Assembly: GCA_951812525.1 (NCBI GenBank)
Contig: OX638316.1
Coordinates: 964,653-1,028,652, forward strand
Reading direction: 5' to 3'
DNA from: an uncultured Poribacteria bacterium
GTDB taxonomy: Bacteria > Poribacteria > WGA-4E > WGA-3G
DNA length: 64,000 bases
In this document: in pieces, positions 20,594 through 30,415 of the stretch
How the letters are laid out: each line of letters starts with the position of its first letter
Position numbering within the stretch: the stretch's first letter is position 1
Program-made: the position numbers and the translations under genes
Notes under the pieces: model-generated
Seen by the model: the letters and a program-made list of their open reading frames with translations, nothing else
Database searches by the model: none
Told to the model about the DNA's origin: nothing

Positions 20594-22003
20594 ATGATTT
20601 GGCATATTACAAAACGTGAAATCTACGACAACCTCAATAGCCTCCGATTCGCGCTAACAACCGGCTTGTTGATAGCACTGATGGCAACCAACGCCGTTAG
20701 GCATCTTCGAGAACATCCAAAACGGGTACAGAAATATCACGATGCTGTCGCTGCATCTGTAAATCTCATGAACTCTCATGCCAACGACAGCCTATATAAA
20801 CTCGCACAACAGGGACCCGGAAAACTCTACAAAAAGCCGTCTCCTCTTCACTTCTGCACAGAGGGCGGGGACCCTCTTTTACCCGACCGGGTTGAAGGTG
20901 GCAGCCCTTTCCAATATGCTGAACATTTAACAGGGGTCTGGAAACTGGAATACCCAGACGCTAACATAAATATGAAGAACGTTGGACCGGACGTTTCTCA
21001 AGTGGATTGGGCGTTTATTATCGGTTATGTCCTGAGTCTAATTGCCCTTCTCTTCACTTTTGATGCTCTTTCCGCGGAACGCGAGCGCGGCACACTTCGA
21101 TTGATGCTGGCAAATTCAATCCCACGCCACACCGTCCTTATCAGCAAGTATTTAGGAGCATTGATAAGTATTAATATCCCCTTTATACTTGCTGTGCTGT
21201 TGAACTTATTGATTATCTCCACCGCAAGCAGTGTTCACCTCAATACCGCAGCATGGGGACGCTTAGGCATCATCTTCCTTATAGCGCTTTTATACACGTC
21301 TCTGTTTCTGGCGTTAGGTCTGTTAGTGTCTGCGCGTGCGCAGCAGAGTGCTGTGAGTCTTGTAATACTTCTGTTGATGTGGGTCGCTCTTGTTATTTTT
21401 ATGCCCAGCACTTTTGCTTCAATTGCAAGTAGTTCCTCATCATCTATGTCACCCGATGAGTTTCTGAAACACCGCAGGCTACTTTACGATAAACTTTCGG
21501 ATGAATACCACGATCAGCTCTGGTCAGGTGAACTGGATGAAAAAACACTAACAGGTAAGAGTGAATTCTTCATCAAACATGCAGAAGGGAGAGAACGCTT
21601 AAATCAAGAATTCTTAGCTCAGCAGATTACACAAGTTCAACACGCCCGTTCTATCTCTCGGGTATCACCTGCGACGCTTCTTCAACATCTCCTTGAATCG
21701 TTCGCGGGGACGGGTTTCGAGCGGCATCTGCAATTCTTAGAGAATGTGAAAACTTACGCCCGACAATTGCGTCAATTCGTTGTTGACACGGATAGAGCCG
21801 ATCCACAAAGCCTTCATATTATCGGTGTTCGTGAGGGTATGACCAAGAGGAAGATCCTACCGAAGGCTATCCCGAAGTTTGAAGATACGTTCAGTTTTAG
21901 TAAGGACCTCAATACCAGAGCGATAGAGTTATTGCTGCTGGCGTTGTTTGTTGTAGCGCTGCTGGCGGGTGCGTATTTAGCCTTCGTACGCGTTGAAATT
22001 TGA
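20594..22003 (+). CDS. ABC-2 type permease, type B copy 3
   Basis: Paralog; AERERGTLRLML. Confidence 0.85.
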   Translation: MIWHITKREIYDNLNSLRFALTTGLLIALMATNAVRHLREHPKRVQKYHDAVAASVNLMNSHANDSLYKLAQQGPGKLYKKPSPLHFCTEGGDPLLPDRVEGGSPFQYAEHLTGVWKLEYPDANINMKNVGPDVSQVDWAFIIGYVLSLIALLFTFDALSAERERGTLRLMLANSIPRHTVLISKYLGALISINIPFILAVLLNLLIISTASSVHLNTAAWGRLGIIFLIALLYTSLFLALGLLVSARAQQSAVSLVILLLMWVALVIFMPSTFASIASSSSSSMSPDEFLKHRRLLYDKLSDEYHDQLWSGELDEKTLTGKSEFFIKHAEGRERLNQEFLAQQITQVQHARSISRVSPATLLQHLLESFAGTGFERHLQFLENVKTYARQLRQFVVDTDRADPQSLHIIGVREGMTKRKILPKAIPKFEDTFSFSKDLNTRAIELLLLALFVVALLAGAYLAFVRVEI

Positions 22004-22020
22004 ATCTATTTTCTCTTCCT

Positions 22021-22045
22021 GTAGGAGCGATCTTCTGACCGCGAC
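22021..22045 (+). repeat. GTAG-REP hairpin between convergent genes
   Basis: GTAGGAGCGATCTTCTGACCGCGAC, same family as 28245, 28277, 44044. Confidence 0.65.
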
Positions 22046-22055
22046 TTTCTAACTT

Positions 22056-22844
22056 CTACGGAAAATATGTTATCTCTTTTCCAACTGACTCTGACGCTGC
22101 AACGTATTTAGCCAAATCACGCAACGCAATAACGGTACAACCCGTGTCTCGAAGATAATCCATATAGGTCTTAAATATCTCAGGTGGAACATCAACCCAC
22201 GGATGTTCAAGCGCAGGCACTCCGTGAAACGTCAGGACAGCGATCTTCCCATCCTTCGCTTGCTCAACCGCCCAGACCAGATCCTCGAACCCCCAGTTCG
22301 GACCAGCTACGCCTGTTGACGGAATGACCAATGGGTGATAGACATCTGGATCGTAAACCGGTCCACGTCCACCCTCCCTATGATGTGGAAACTCCGGTCC
22401 AATGCCCCGCCGTGCGAAATGATACCCTTTTTCTGACAACACCTCTATCGTTTCCGGTCCGCGACAATCCGCCGGATAGCCAAAGGTCTCAGGCACAGGG
22501 ATACCGTATTCCTCACACCGCCTATCAATATGTATCAAGTCTGCCAACAACTCTTCTTTCGATTGTGTGTTGGCGTGCTTATGATGACGGGTATGGTTAC
22601 CTATCTCAAAGCCGTCCTCGTGCAGCGCACGGACTTCTTCCCACGTGACGTAGTGCGTTTTGCTGTTGAGAAAATTTAGACCTTCGGTGATATAAAACGT
22701 CGCCCCAAAACCGTAAGACTTCAACAACGGTCCAACATAGGTATAATCCGACTTGTTACCGTCATCAAAGGTGAGAACAACCAACCGGTCAGGGATAGGT
22801 TGCAAGACCTCAGCTTCAGATGAACCGTGATTCTCTTTTTGCAT
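22056..22844 (-). CDS. polysaccharide deacetylase (NodB/CE4) family
   Basis: VVLTFDDG, EIGNHTRHH, FGYP, LTFHG. Confidence 0.88.
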   Translation of the reverse strand: MQKENHGSSEAEVLQPIPDRLVVLTFDDGNKSDYTYVGPLLKSYGFGATFYITEGLNFLNSKTHYVTWEEVRALHEDGFEIGNHTRHHKHANTQSKEELLADLIHIDRRCEEYGIPVPETFGYPADCRGPETIEVLSEKGYHFARRGIGPEFPHHREGGRGPVYDPDVYHPLVIPSTGVAGPNWGFEDLVWAVEQAKDGKIAVLTFHGVPALEHPWVDVPPEIFKTYMDYLRDTGCTVIALRDLAKYVAASESVGKEITYFP

Positions 22845-22870
22845 TTTTCACTCCTAACGGTTTTTAGCAT

Positions 22871-23767
22871 CTATCCGTCAGCGGATTTTCTCCTACGGCG
22901 ATGGTAAGACGGCTGGACATTCATATCGACCGAGTTCCAATAATACTTCAACCAATCGTCCGTTTCCCACCCCGAATAGACCTCTTCCCATTTCGCACAG
23001 CCCAGATGAACGGTGAGCGCATCTTCATCAACAGGTTCACTGACCGACTGGTACCTGGCACTCGTTGCGAGCCGTATGCGATCCTTAGTCACGTTGTCAC
23101 GACCTCGGTGAATCGTTAAACTGTGAAACATGAGAACATCGCCACACTTAAAAGGGTTCGAGACCCATTCCGTACTATCTTCAATCAACTCCCACGAACG
23201 GACACCGTTGTCTTTTAGGAACCCGCGACGGTTCGACCCACGTGCAATCGCCAAACCACCCAACTCGGTATCACAGTCTCCCAGCGGTGTCCACACCGTC
23301 CATGTATCCTGTGTACCGCGAACCGGATGGAAGTCCTGATGTGGAGGGGTGGTATACTGATGTTCTCCTGGAAAGATGACGTGACAAATGTGACGCGGAT
23401 GGATGAGAACCGAATCGCCGAACAGGACTTCCAGAATCTGCACAATACGCTCGTGATGCGGAAGGACGTGGAAAAGTCGAAGTTTCTGGACGTCAATGTA
23501 AAAATTTCTGAAAGTCTCGGATCCGTCTTGCTCACAGATGAAGACGCCTTCTCTACGGATACCAGCATCAAGATGGGTCCCAAGTTCAAGAAGCTCGTGC
23601 TGATCTGCAACACGGAGCACCTGCTGACGTAGTTCAAGCACCGGCTCTACGGGGAGCAGCCCGGGAAAAAAGAGATACCCGTTCTGGTGACTATGCTCAA
23701 GTAGTCCAGCACGATCTGCAATCAAGTCTGTGCAGTCTGTGAATGGAGATTCGGTGCGCATTAGCAT
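22871..23767 (-). CDS. phytanoyl-CoA dioxygenase (PhyH) family
   Basis: GYLFFPGLL, PPHQD, TVWTPLGD, GDVLMFHSLTIH. Confidence 0.88.
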   Translation of the reverse strand: MLMRTESPFTDCTDLIADRAGLLEHSHQNGYLFFPGLLPVEPVLELRQQVLRVADQHELLELGTHLDAGIRREGVFICEQDGSETFRNFYIDVQKLRLFHVLPHHERIVQILEVLFGDSVLIHPRHICHVIFPGEHQYTTPPHQDFHPVRGTQDTWTVWTPLGDCDTELGGLAIARGSNRRGFLKDNGVRSWELIEDSTEWVSNPFKCGDVLMFHSLTIHRGRDNVTKDRIRLATSARYQSVSEPVDEDALTVHLGCAKWEEVYSGWETDDWLKYYWNSVDMNVQPSYHRRRRKSADG

Positions 23768-23782
23768 TGTTCCTTCTCAACT

Positions 23783-24478
23783 TTACGGGCCCGTCTTGAG
23801 TTCTCCCCATGTGACGGTCAGAGCATTCTCAGGATTCACCGCAAAACTGTGCCCCACGGTTGTAACCAACACATTGTCATACAGAGAATGTTCATCATTC
23901 CAAGCTCTGAAACCTATACCGCCCTTGTCATTAGTGTCATCTTCCCATGTGCAAGATAAGCCGAGTTCCTCTCCCTGCTCACCCAAGTAGAGATCATAAC
24001 GCTCACCTTCGACAACAATCTTTATCGTATACCACTTGCCAAGTTCAGGGTGAATACCTGATTCATTGTCCAACTTACCGTCATCATTAACGATATACCC
24101 ACCGCCGACTCTCGTAAACCACCAAAATTGATTACGATTATCTGCCACAATTTGAACCAGCGTACAATTGTTTACGTCTTTCGCACGCACAACCCAATTC
24201 GATGCCCATAGCGGGCTTACCATGTGAAAATCAACGTAGAACTCAAAGTCAGTAAAGTCATCTCTGACACTAATCCCAACTTCTCCGCCGTGAACCTCCA
24301 GTTCCCCGCCATCCAAGTCCCAGCCTGCTGAAGGTGTCCATTTACTTTTGTCAATTTCTGCTTTATCAAAGTCATCCTCAAACAGCACTTCGCTAACACA
24401 AAGCGGTGCATATACTGAAGTAAGTATGAACAAAAAGAGGGTAAAGGTACTGAGTCTCACTGCTGCTGATCTCATCAT
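23783..24478 (-). CDS. secreted DUF1080/ConA-like lectin-fold protein with C-terminal TWG tail
   Basis: Signal peptide; LFEDDF, WYTIKIVVEG, GGIGF; tail SFAVNPENALTVTWGELK. Confidence 0.7.
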   Translation of the reverse strand: MMRSAAVRLSTFTLFLFILTSVYAPLCVSEVLFEDDFDKAEIDKSKWTPSAGWDLDGGELEVHGGEVGISVRDDFTDFEFYVDFHMVSPLWASNWVVRAKDVNNCTLVQIVADNRNQFWWFTRVGGGYIVNDDGKLDNESGIHPELGKWYTIKIVVEGERYDLYLGEQGEELGLSCTWEDDTNDKGGIGFRAWNDEHSLYDNVLVTTVGHSFAVNPENALTVTWGELKTGP

Positions 24479-24605
24479 AATTCCTCCTTTTTGGAAAGAT
24501 TATGTTTTTCTCAGTCATAGGGGTTGAGTGATCGTCCGTTCAGCAGGGAAAGAATAACACATCAGCGACAAACTGTCAATAACGGGCAAATTGTCCAAAC
24601 TACGC

Positions 24606-25508
24606 CTACGGTAACGGCTCACCTTGACTGGCAGTCAATTCCGCGTAAAGTTCCTGTAGTCGAGTCGTCACGGGACCGACGTCCCCACTTCCAATCTTTC
24701 TGCCGTCAACCTCCAAGACCGGACTCAGTTCACCCACAGTCCCAGTCGTGAAAACTTCGTCTGCGGTATAGACTTCAGTCAATGAGACATTCCGTTCTGT
24801 TAACGGGACGCCAGCGTCGCGAGCAATTTGGATGACCGTACCCCGTGTGATCCCCGGTAGGCAGCTATCGGCGTGTGGTGTTAGTACCTCACCACGTTTC
24901 ACGAGAAACATATTTGTTGCGTTGGTCTCTGAAACATACCCGTAGATGTCAAGCATAATCGCATCGTCCACACCAGCGACGTTCGCCTCAATCTTAGCGA
25001 GGATGTTATTAATCAGATTATTGTGATGGATTTTAGAGTCAACACACTGTGGCGGATTCCGTCGGATTGCCGAGGTGATTAAACGGACACCGCTGCTGGC
25101 ATAGATAGGCGGTTTCCACTCAGCAATCACAATTAAGGTGGTCCCGTACTGATTGACGCGTGCGTCCATGCTGGACGTGACCTTTTTCCCCCGGCTGAGC
25201 GTTAAGCGAATGTGGGCACCGTCCCGCATACCGTTGGCTTCGAGCGTCTCAAAGATCGCTGTTTTAACTTCATCGCGTGTCGGAATGCCTGCGAATGCCA
25301 TAGCGTGTGCTGAATCCATGAGCCGATCAAGATGGGCATCCAACGCGAAGATTGTTCCGTTATAGACACGCAATCCCTCCCATACGCCGTCTCCACCTTG
25401 GACGAGGCTATCGAACACAGAGACTTTCGCGTCCTCGCGAGGCAGTAGTTCACCGTTGACGTGGATTAAAATGTTTTCGTTTCTTGCATCAGGTAATTTA
25501 GGTTCCAT
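24606..25508 (-). CDS. class IV PLP aminotransferase (branched-chain/D-amino acid type)
   Basis: GDGVWEGLR, SKIHHNN, ETNATN, LPGITR, ADEVFTTGT. Confidence 0.88.
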   Translation of the reverse strand: MEPKLPDARNENILIHVNGELLPREDAKVSVFDSLVQGGDGVWEGLRVYNGTIFALDAHLDRLMDSAHAMAFAGIPTRDEVKTAIFETLEANGMRDGAHIRLTLSRGKKVTSSMDARVNQYGTTLIVIAEWKPPIYASSGVRLITSAIRRNPPQCVDSKIHHNNLINNILAKIEANVAGVDDAIMLDIYGYVSETNATNMFLVKRGEVLTPHADSCLPGITRGTVIQIARDAGVPLTERNVSLTEVYTADEVFTTGTVGELSPVLEVDGRKIGSGDVGPVTTRLQELYAELTASQGEPLP

Positions 25509-25649
25509 ATTCCCTCCTTAATGGCTATTGCAATCGGTCGATCGCTATGCTCACTTTTGGCTATCGGTTCTTTAACGCAATCCACTCGCCTAGGTCCAGT
25601 GCCGCATTTGAAAAATACCACAACCGACCACTGACAACCGATAGCCGCT

Positions 25650-26429
25650 CTACCATGTATCCCGAACGCTTACACCCTCATCCGTGAGATACGTTTTGAT
25701 GTTCTCGATTGTAAATTCGCCGTAGTGTGTGATAGAGGCGACAATTGCAGCATCTGCGTTACTTTCGACAAAGACATCCCGCAGGTGCTGTGGGTTTCCT
25801 GCACCACCAGAGGCGATAACCGGCACCGACACCAAATCAGCGATAGCACCCGTCAAATCGAGTTCATATCCTGCCTTCGTCCCGTCTGCATCGATACTAT
25901 TAACAACAATTTCACCTGCCCCCAAGTCAACACCGCGTGCTGACCACTCCAAGGCATCCCAACCGACCGGTGTTCTCCCACCATCTATGTAAATTTCATA
26001 ACCGCTGGGAATCTGTTCGCTTTTCGGGACCCGCTTCACTTGCATGCTCAACACGACGCATTGGCTGCCGAATGCCCGTGCGCCTTCCGCTATGATCTCA
26101 GGATTCCGCACAGCACCGGAGTCTATACTCACCTTCTCTGCACCGGCGAGTAGGACGCGACGCATATCCTCAAGTGTCCGCAACCCACCACCAACAGAAA
26201 AAGGTATAAAGATTTCAGCAGCGACAGCAGAGACAACATCTATCATTATATCACGTCGTTCATTGCTCGCCGTGATGTCGTAAAAGACGAGTTCATCGGC
26301 ACCACCTTCATAATAAAACCGTGCCATCTCAACTGGATCACCAACATCGACATTGCCCTGAAAGGCGATACCTTTCGTGACCTTTCCTGCGCGCACATCT
26401 AAACATGGAATTATGCGTTTTGTTAGCAT
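25650..26429 (-). CDS. hisF: imidazole glycerol phosphate synthase cyclase subunit
   Basis: [40 protein letters not shown]. Confidence 0.95.
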   Translation of the reverse strand: MLTKRIIPCLDVRAGKVTKGIAFQGNVDVGDPVEMARFYYEGGADELVFYDITASNERRDIMIDVVSAVAAEIFIPFSVGGGLRTLEDMRRVLLAGAEKVSIDSGAVRNPEIIAEGARAFGSQCVVLSMQVKRVPKSEQIPSGYEIYIDGGRTPVGWDALEWSARGVDLGAGEIVVNSIDADGTKAGYELDLTGAIADLVSVPVIASGGAGNPQHLRDVFVESNADAAIVASITHYGEFTIENIKTYLTDEGVSVRDTW

Positions 26430-26565
26430 TTTTTAATTATCGACCTCGCTATGATTTTCTGGCAATTGATAACTATCATAAGTGATAAAAAAGGACCTGT
26501 ACCGCAAACTGTTAGTTTGCGATGCTTCCGAAGTTCATTCTCACGCCACAAACTAACAGCCAAAC

Positions 26566-28209
26566 TCAATTGCCGAGCCGTCGTTTGAATATACCCAAAA
26601 TATCGTCAAATTCCGAGACCTTCAGGAGTTTATACATTCCCGCGAGCGTTATCAGACTCAATCCGATCGGTGCAAACACGCCAACTAGGCGCGTCACTAT
26701 ACCCTCCGTGCCGAGCCAATCGCCTTCAATGAATCCATTTGCCAACCAACAGACAAACCCCATCACCGCTGATGCGACTAAGACTTTAAGCGTTAGCTGA
26801 CCTACTTGCTTCATTCCCAATCGTCCTACCTTGCGGCGGAGGAGTAGCAGTAGGACACCACAATTCAGTGTGACAGTCAAAACCGTTGAAAATACCACAG
26901 CACGCGGGTCCAAAAAGAGTTCGCGGTAGATAAACAGATAGTTGAGGCAGACGTTGAGTATAACGGCGCAGATACTGACGATGACGGGTGCGCGAATATC
27001 TTTGTAGGCGTAAAAACCGTCTGTAACAATCTTGAGAGCCGAAAATCCACACAAACCGAACGCATAAACGAACAGGACCCCAGCAGTCCCAACAGTATCC
27101 AACGCACCAGTCTCTCCTCGTTCGTACAAGAATCGACAGATAGGTGCCGATAACACCATCAATCCAACCGCCGCCGGGACTGTCAAGGTAAGCATCAGGC
27201 GGAGCGCGTAAGAGAGGGCGTCGCGAAAATTATCTGTATCCCTAGCTGTGGCGAATTTGGCAAGCTGAGGAAGTGCAACTGTTGAAATCGCCACACCGAA
27301 TATGCCAATCGGGAGATGCACAACGCGGTACGCACGGCTAATCCACGTCAACCAAGAAGATCCTGATGTAATAAAAAACGTATTCGTGAATTGATTTACC
27401 TGTACTGCGGCGACCCCTAATACGGCAGGTCCAACCAGATGAATGACTTGAAGTACCCTTGGATCACGTAGACTCAGCAGTGGACGATATCGAAAACCGA
27501 CGCGATACATAGACGGCACCTGAATCACAAATTGGGCGATACCTCCGATGAACACACCGATTGCCATCCCCGTCACTGGATGCATCCCCGCCAATGGACA
27601 CAAATAGTAACCACTTATGCCGACAACGAGGGAACTGATGTTAAAGAACGAGGAAGCGCACGCCGGAACGCCGAATCTCCCCTTACTGTTCAACAATCCC
27701 ATCGCAATCGCTGCCAGCGAAACAAAGAGCAGGTATGGAAACATTAATTGGGTAAGATAGATCGTTAATTCAACTTTAGTATCAAACCCGTAGTGATCAA
27801 CGGTATCCAACGTCTCGTCGAAATCCTGGCGCGCCAATACATCAATGATACTGGGAGCAAAAGCGATACCCAGTACCGTGATACCTATTAAAATGAGGAA
27901 CGTTAAATTAAAGACCCGGTTTGCAAGATTCCACGCTGCCGCTTCCCCGTCTTCAGCTTCCGTGGCAAGGAACGTCGTAATAAACGCCTTACTCAAGATA
28001 CCTTCGCCAAATAGGTCACGCAGGAAGTTTGGAATACGAAACGCCAAGTAAAAAGCGTCTCCACTGAGGTTCGACCGGAAATAGTATGCAATCGCGGCTT
28101 CGCGTGCAAGTCCCAATATCCGCGACCCCATCACAGCAACACTGACAATTCCCGCGGCACGAGTGACATCTTGATTATTTTTTTCTACGGATTTTGTTTC
28201 GTTTTCCAT
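26566..28209 (-). CDS. murJ: lipid II flippase
   Basis: SRILGLARE, AFRIPNFLRDLFGEG, LPIGIFGVAISTV. Confidence 0.93.
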   Translation of the reverse strand: MENETKSVEKNNQDVTRAAGIVSVAVMGSRILGLAREAAIAYYFRSNLSGDAFYLAFRIPNFLRDLFGEGILSKAFITTFLATEAEDGEAAAWNLANRVFNLTFLILIGITVLGIAFAPSIIDVLARQDFDETLDTVDHYGFDTKVELTIYLTQLMFPYLLFVSLAAIAMGLLNSKGRFGVPACASSFFNISSLVVGISGYYLCPLAGMHPVTGMAIGVFIGGIAQFVIQVPSMYRVGFRYRPLLSLRDPRVLQVIHLVGPAVLGVAAVQVNQFTNTFFITSGSSWLTWISRAYRVVHLPIGIFGVAISTVALPQLAKFATARDTDNFRDALSYALRLMLTLTVPAAVGLMVLSAPICRFLYERGETGALDTVGTAGVLFVYAFGLCGFSALKIVTDGFYAYKDIRAPVIVSICAVILNVCLNYLFIYRELFLDPRAVVFSTVLTVTLNCGVLLLLLRRKVGRLGMKQVGQLTLKVLVASAVMGFVCWLANGFIEGDWLGTEGIVTRLVGVFAPIGLSLITLAGMYKLLKVSEFDDILGIFKRRLGN

Positions 28210-28244
28210 TTTTTACGAGAGATTTCCATATCCCAACTTTCCCT

Positions 28245-28301
28245 GTAGGAGCGATCTCCTGATCGCGACTCTCCGTGTAGGAGCGATCTCCCGATCGCGA
28301 T
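28245..28301 (+). repeat. tandem doublet of GTAG-REP hairpins
   Basis: GTAGGAGCGATCTCCTGATCGCGAC and GTAGGAGCGATCTCCCGATCGCGAT, 32 bp period. Confidence 0.75.
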
Positions 28302-28480
28302 TCTTCATGCAACTGCCTGCAGAATGCCATACGCGCATTCTGATTTACGCGCATTCGGCGTTGATTCCCGCTGAAAACCTACGTTAGCGTGAAACTTCCT
28401 CTTGACATCGTCTCTAACTTAGTGTAAATTTTAGAGCGTTGCCTATAATAAATTTTTTAAATACACAAGGAGACCCAAAG

Positions 28481-28861
28481 ATGCAGGAAAAACGATATTT
28501 TACGCTCGAAGAAGCAAACCAATACATCCCGGAATTAGTCGATGAGATCTCACTATTAAGAGCAATAAGAAACGAACTCGCAATGTACCACGCAGAAATC
28601 ACACCACTCTTGGAGGTAGTTTCCTCTAACGGCGGCAGTAAATGGACACCCGCACTCCTTAAAGCAACAGCAAATTTTCAGGACGTCCTTGACCGGATCG
28701 CAAATATTGGCTGTCATCTGAAGGGACTTGATCCAGGATTAGTCGATTTCCCACACCTACGCGACGGCAAGGAGGTATATCTTTGCTGGCGGATGGGTGA
28801 AGCAAAAATTCGCTACTGGCATGAAATCGAGGACGGGTTTGAGGGACGGCAGCGGTTGTAA
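28481..28861 (+). CDS. DUF2203 family protein
   Basis: RYFTLEEAN...KGLDPGLVDFP...VYLCWRMGE...WHEIEDGFEGRQ; AGGAG RBS; TTGACA-17-TAAATT promoter at 28402. Confidence 0.85.
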   Translation: MQEKRYFTLEEANQYIPELVDEISLLRAIRNELAMYHAEITPLLEVVSSNGGSKWTPALLKATANFQDVLDRIANIGCHLKGLDPGLVDFPHLRDGKEVYLCWRMGEAKIRYWHEIEDGFEGRQRL

Positions 28862-28870
28862 TCAGTGCGC

Positions 28871-29653
28871 TTACGCCCGAAAAAAATGGTTTGTCGGTCC
28901 GTGTCCGTGTCCGATATCCAAAGCGTGCTGAATAGCACCTGTAATATATGCTTTCGCTATCCTGATAGCGTCAACTAAATCTTTACCGTGTGCGAGTTGT
29001 GTCGCAATTGCCGCCGAGTAGGTGCAACCTGTACCGTGTGTGTTTTCTGTTTCAACCCATTCCGCCTCAAAAAAAGTCCACTCCCCATTACAATAAAGCA
29101 CATCAGTAGCCGTATTTCCAGTAAGATGTCCGCCTTTAACGAGAACAGCGTGACAGCCAAGTTCGGCAATTGTTTCTGCAGCACTTTTTGCCGCATCCGT
29201 ATTTCGGATGTCCCGCTGTGCAAGCAATTCCGCCTCGTAAATATTCGGCGTAATCACCGTTGCAAGTGGAATCAACGCTGTCTTTAGACTATCAATCGCC
29301 TCTTCCTTCAAAAGTGGAAATTTGCTCTTGGAGATCATCACTGGGTCCACGACGATGGTTGACGGCGCATACGCTTTCAACTTCGCCGCAACCGCTTTGA
29401 CAATCGCTGGCGAAGAAAGCATCCCCGTTTTGACGCTCGCTACATCGAAATCTGTGAAAACAGCATCCAACTGCGCCTCAATTAGCGAGATAGGTAGATC
29501 AAACGCATCGGTCACAGCGACTGTATTCTGTGCCGTAACAGAGGTAATCGCCGACATGGCATAGCCGCCGTTTGCCGAGATTGCCTTGATATCCGCCTGT
29601 ATACCGGCACCACCGCCTGAATCTGAACCTGCAATCGTTAAAATCTGTTTCAT
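28871..29653 (-). CDS. thiD: hydroxymethylpyrimidine/phosphomethylpyrimidine kinase
   Basis: LTIAGSDSGGGAGIQADIK, DPVM, TPN, VKGGH, THGTGCT. Confidence 0.95.
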   Translation of the reverse strand: MKQILTIAGSDSGGGAGIQADIKAISANGGYAMSAITSVTAQNTVAVTDAFDLPISLIEAQLDAVFTDFDVASVKTGMLSSPAIVKAVAAKLKAYAPSTIVVDPVMISKSKFPLLKEEAIDSLKTALIPLATVITPNIYEAELLAQRDIRNTDAAKSAAETIAELGCHAVLVKGGHLTGNTATDVLYCNGEWTFFEAEWVETENTHGTGCTYSAAIATQLAHGKDLVDAIRIAKAYITGAIQHALDIGHGHGPTNHFFRA

Positions 29654-29672
29654 ATTTTTCGCACCTCCGTCC

Positions 29673-30290
29673 TTAAGATAGTGCCTCAAGATAGCGTCTC
29701 GCCTGTTTTCCGGCATCCTTCGGAGACATAACGTCTGACATCACAGCAACCCCAAAGGCTCCTGCCGCTAAACATTCAGTAGCTCGTGCCGCTGTAATGC
29801 CACCCAGAGCAAATACAGGCAACACAACGCGTGCTGTTATCTCAGTGAGACCCCCTATGCCGACCGCGGGACCATAGCCCGGTTTGCTGGCTGTCGGATA
29901 GATTGGACTATAAGTCACGAAATCAGCCCCTTCCGCTTCCCGTTTTTCTGCTGCATCACAGGAGTGCACCGAGCATCCGATATAGAAGTTACCATCTGTT
30001 TGTGCTCTCACATAATTCACGGATTCTATACTCGCAGGAAGGTGAATACCCGCAGCTCCTACATTGCGTGCAATGTGTATATCCGTATTCACAAAAAGTT
30101 TCGCCCCGTAGTTCCGACATAATTCCGCAATCGGTTGCGCCAAGTCCAGCAATTCGTCACCGCTTAAATCTTTTTCACGCAATTGGATAGCGGGAACCCC
30201 TACGTCCAGCAATTCGGAGATTACTTCAGTTAAAGGGGTGGTGGCACACTGGTGTCTGTCTGTAATGGCGTACAACCTGAAATCAATCAT
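29673..30290 (-). CDS. thiE: thiamine phosphate synthase (ThiE/TenI family)
   Basis: LYAITD, QLREK, SVHS, PIYPTASK, ALGGI; GIHLP is TenI-like, so activity is uncertain. Confidence 0.7.
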   Translation of the reverse strand: MIDFRLYAITDRHQCATTPLTEVISELLDVGVPAIQLREKDLSGDELLDLAQPIAELCRNYGAKLFVNTDIHIARNVGAAGIHLPASIESVNYVRAQTDGNFYIGCSVHSCDAAEKREAEGADFVTYSPIYPTASKPGYGPAVGIGGLTEITARVVLPVFALGGITAARATECLAAGAFGVAVMSDVMSPKDAGKQARRYLEALS

Positions 30291-30415
30291 TCTTTTTAAG
30301 AGTTGTCAGTTATCGGTTGTCGGTCAGAGGACACTTGGAACAAGCTGTCAACATTTTGGAGCACATCAAGAAGAATGAATTGTTACACCAAAGTCTCTTA
30401 ACTGAAAACTGACAA

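Noticed and set aside
13104-22003. Diversity-generating retroelement or invertase-driven shufflon behind the permease variation
   Set aside because: No reverse transcriptase or recombinase in the window, no near-identical template/variable repeat pair with adenine-only differences, and all cassettes are co-oriented full genes.
30291-30415. TPP riboswitch upstream of thiE-thiD
   Set aside because: No CTGAGA/ACCTG core on the minus strand; the gap is filled with heptamer repeats and the genes appear to follow rsmB.
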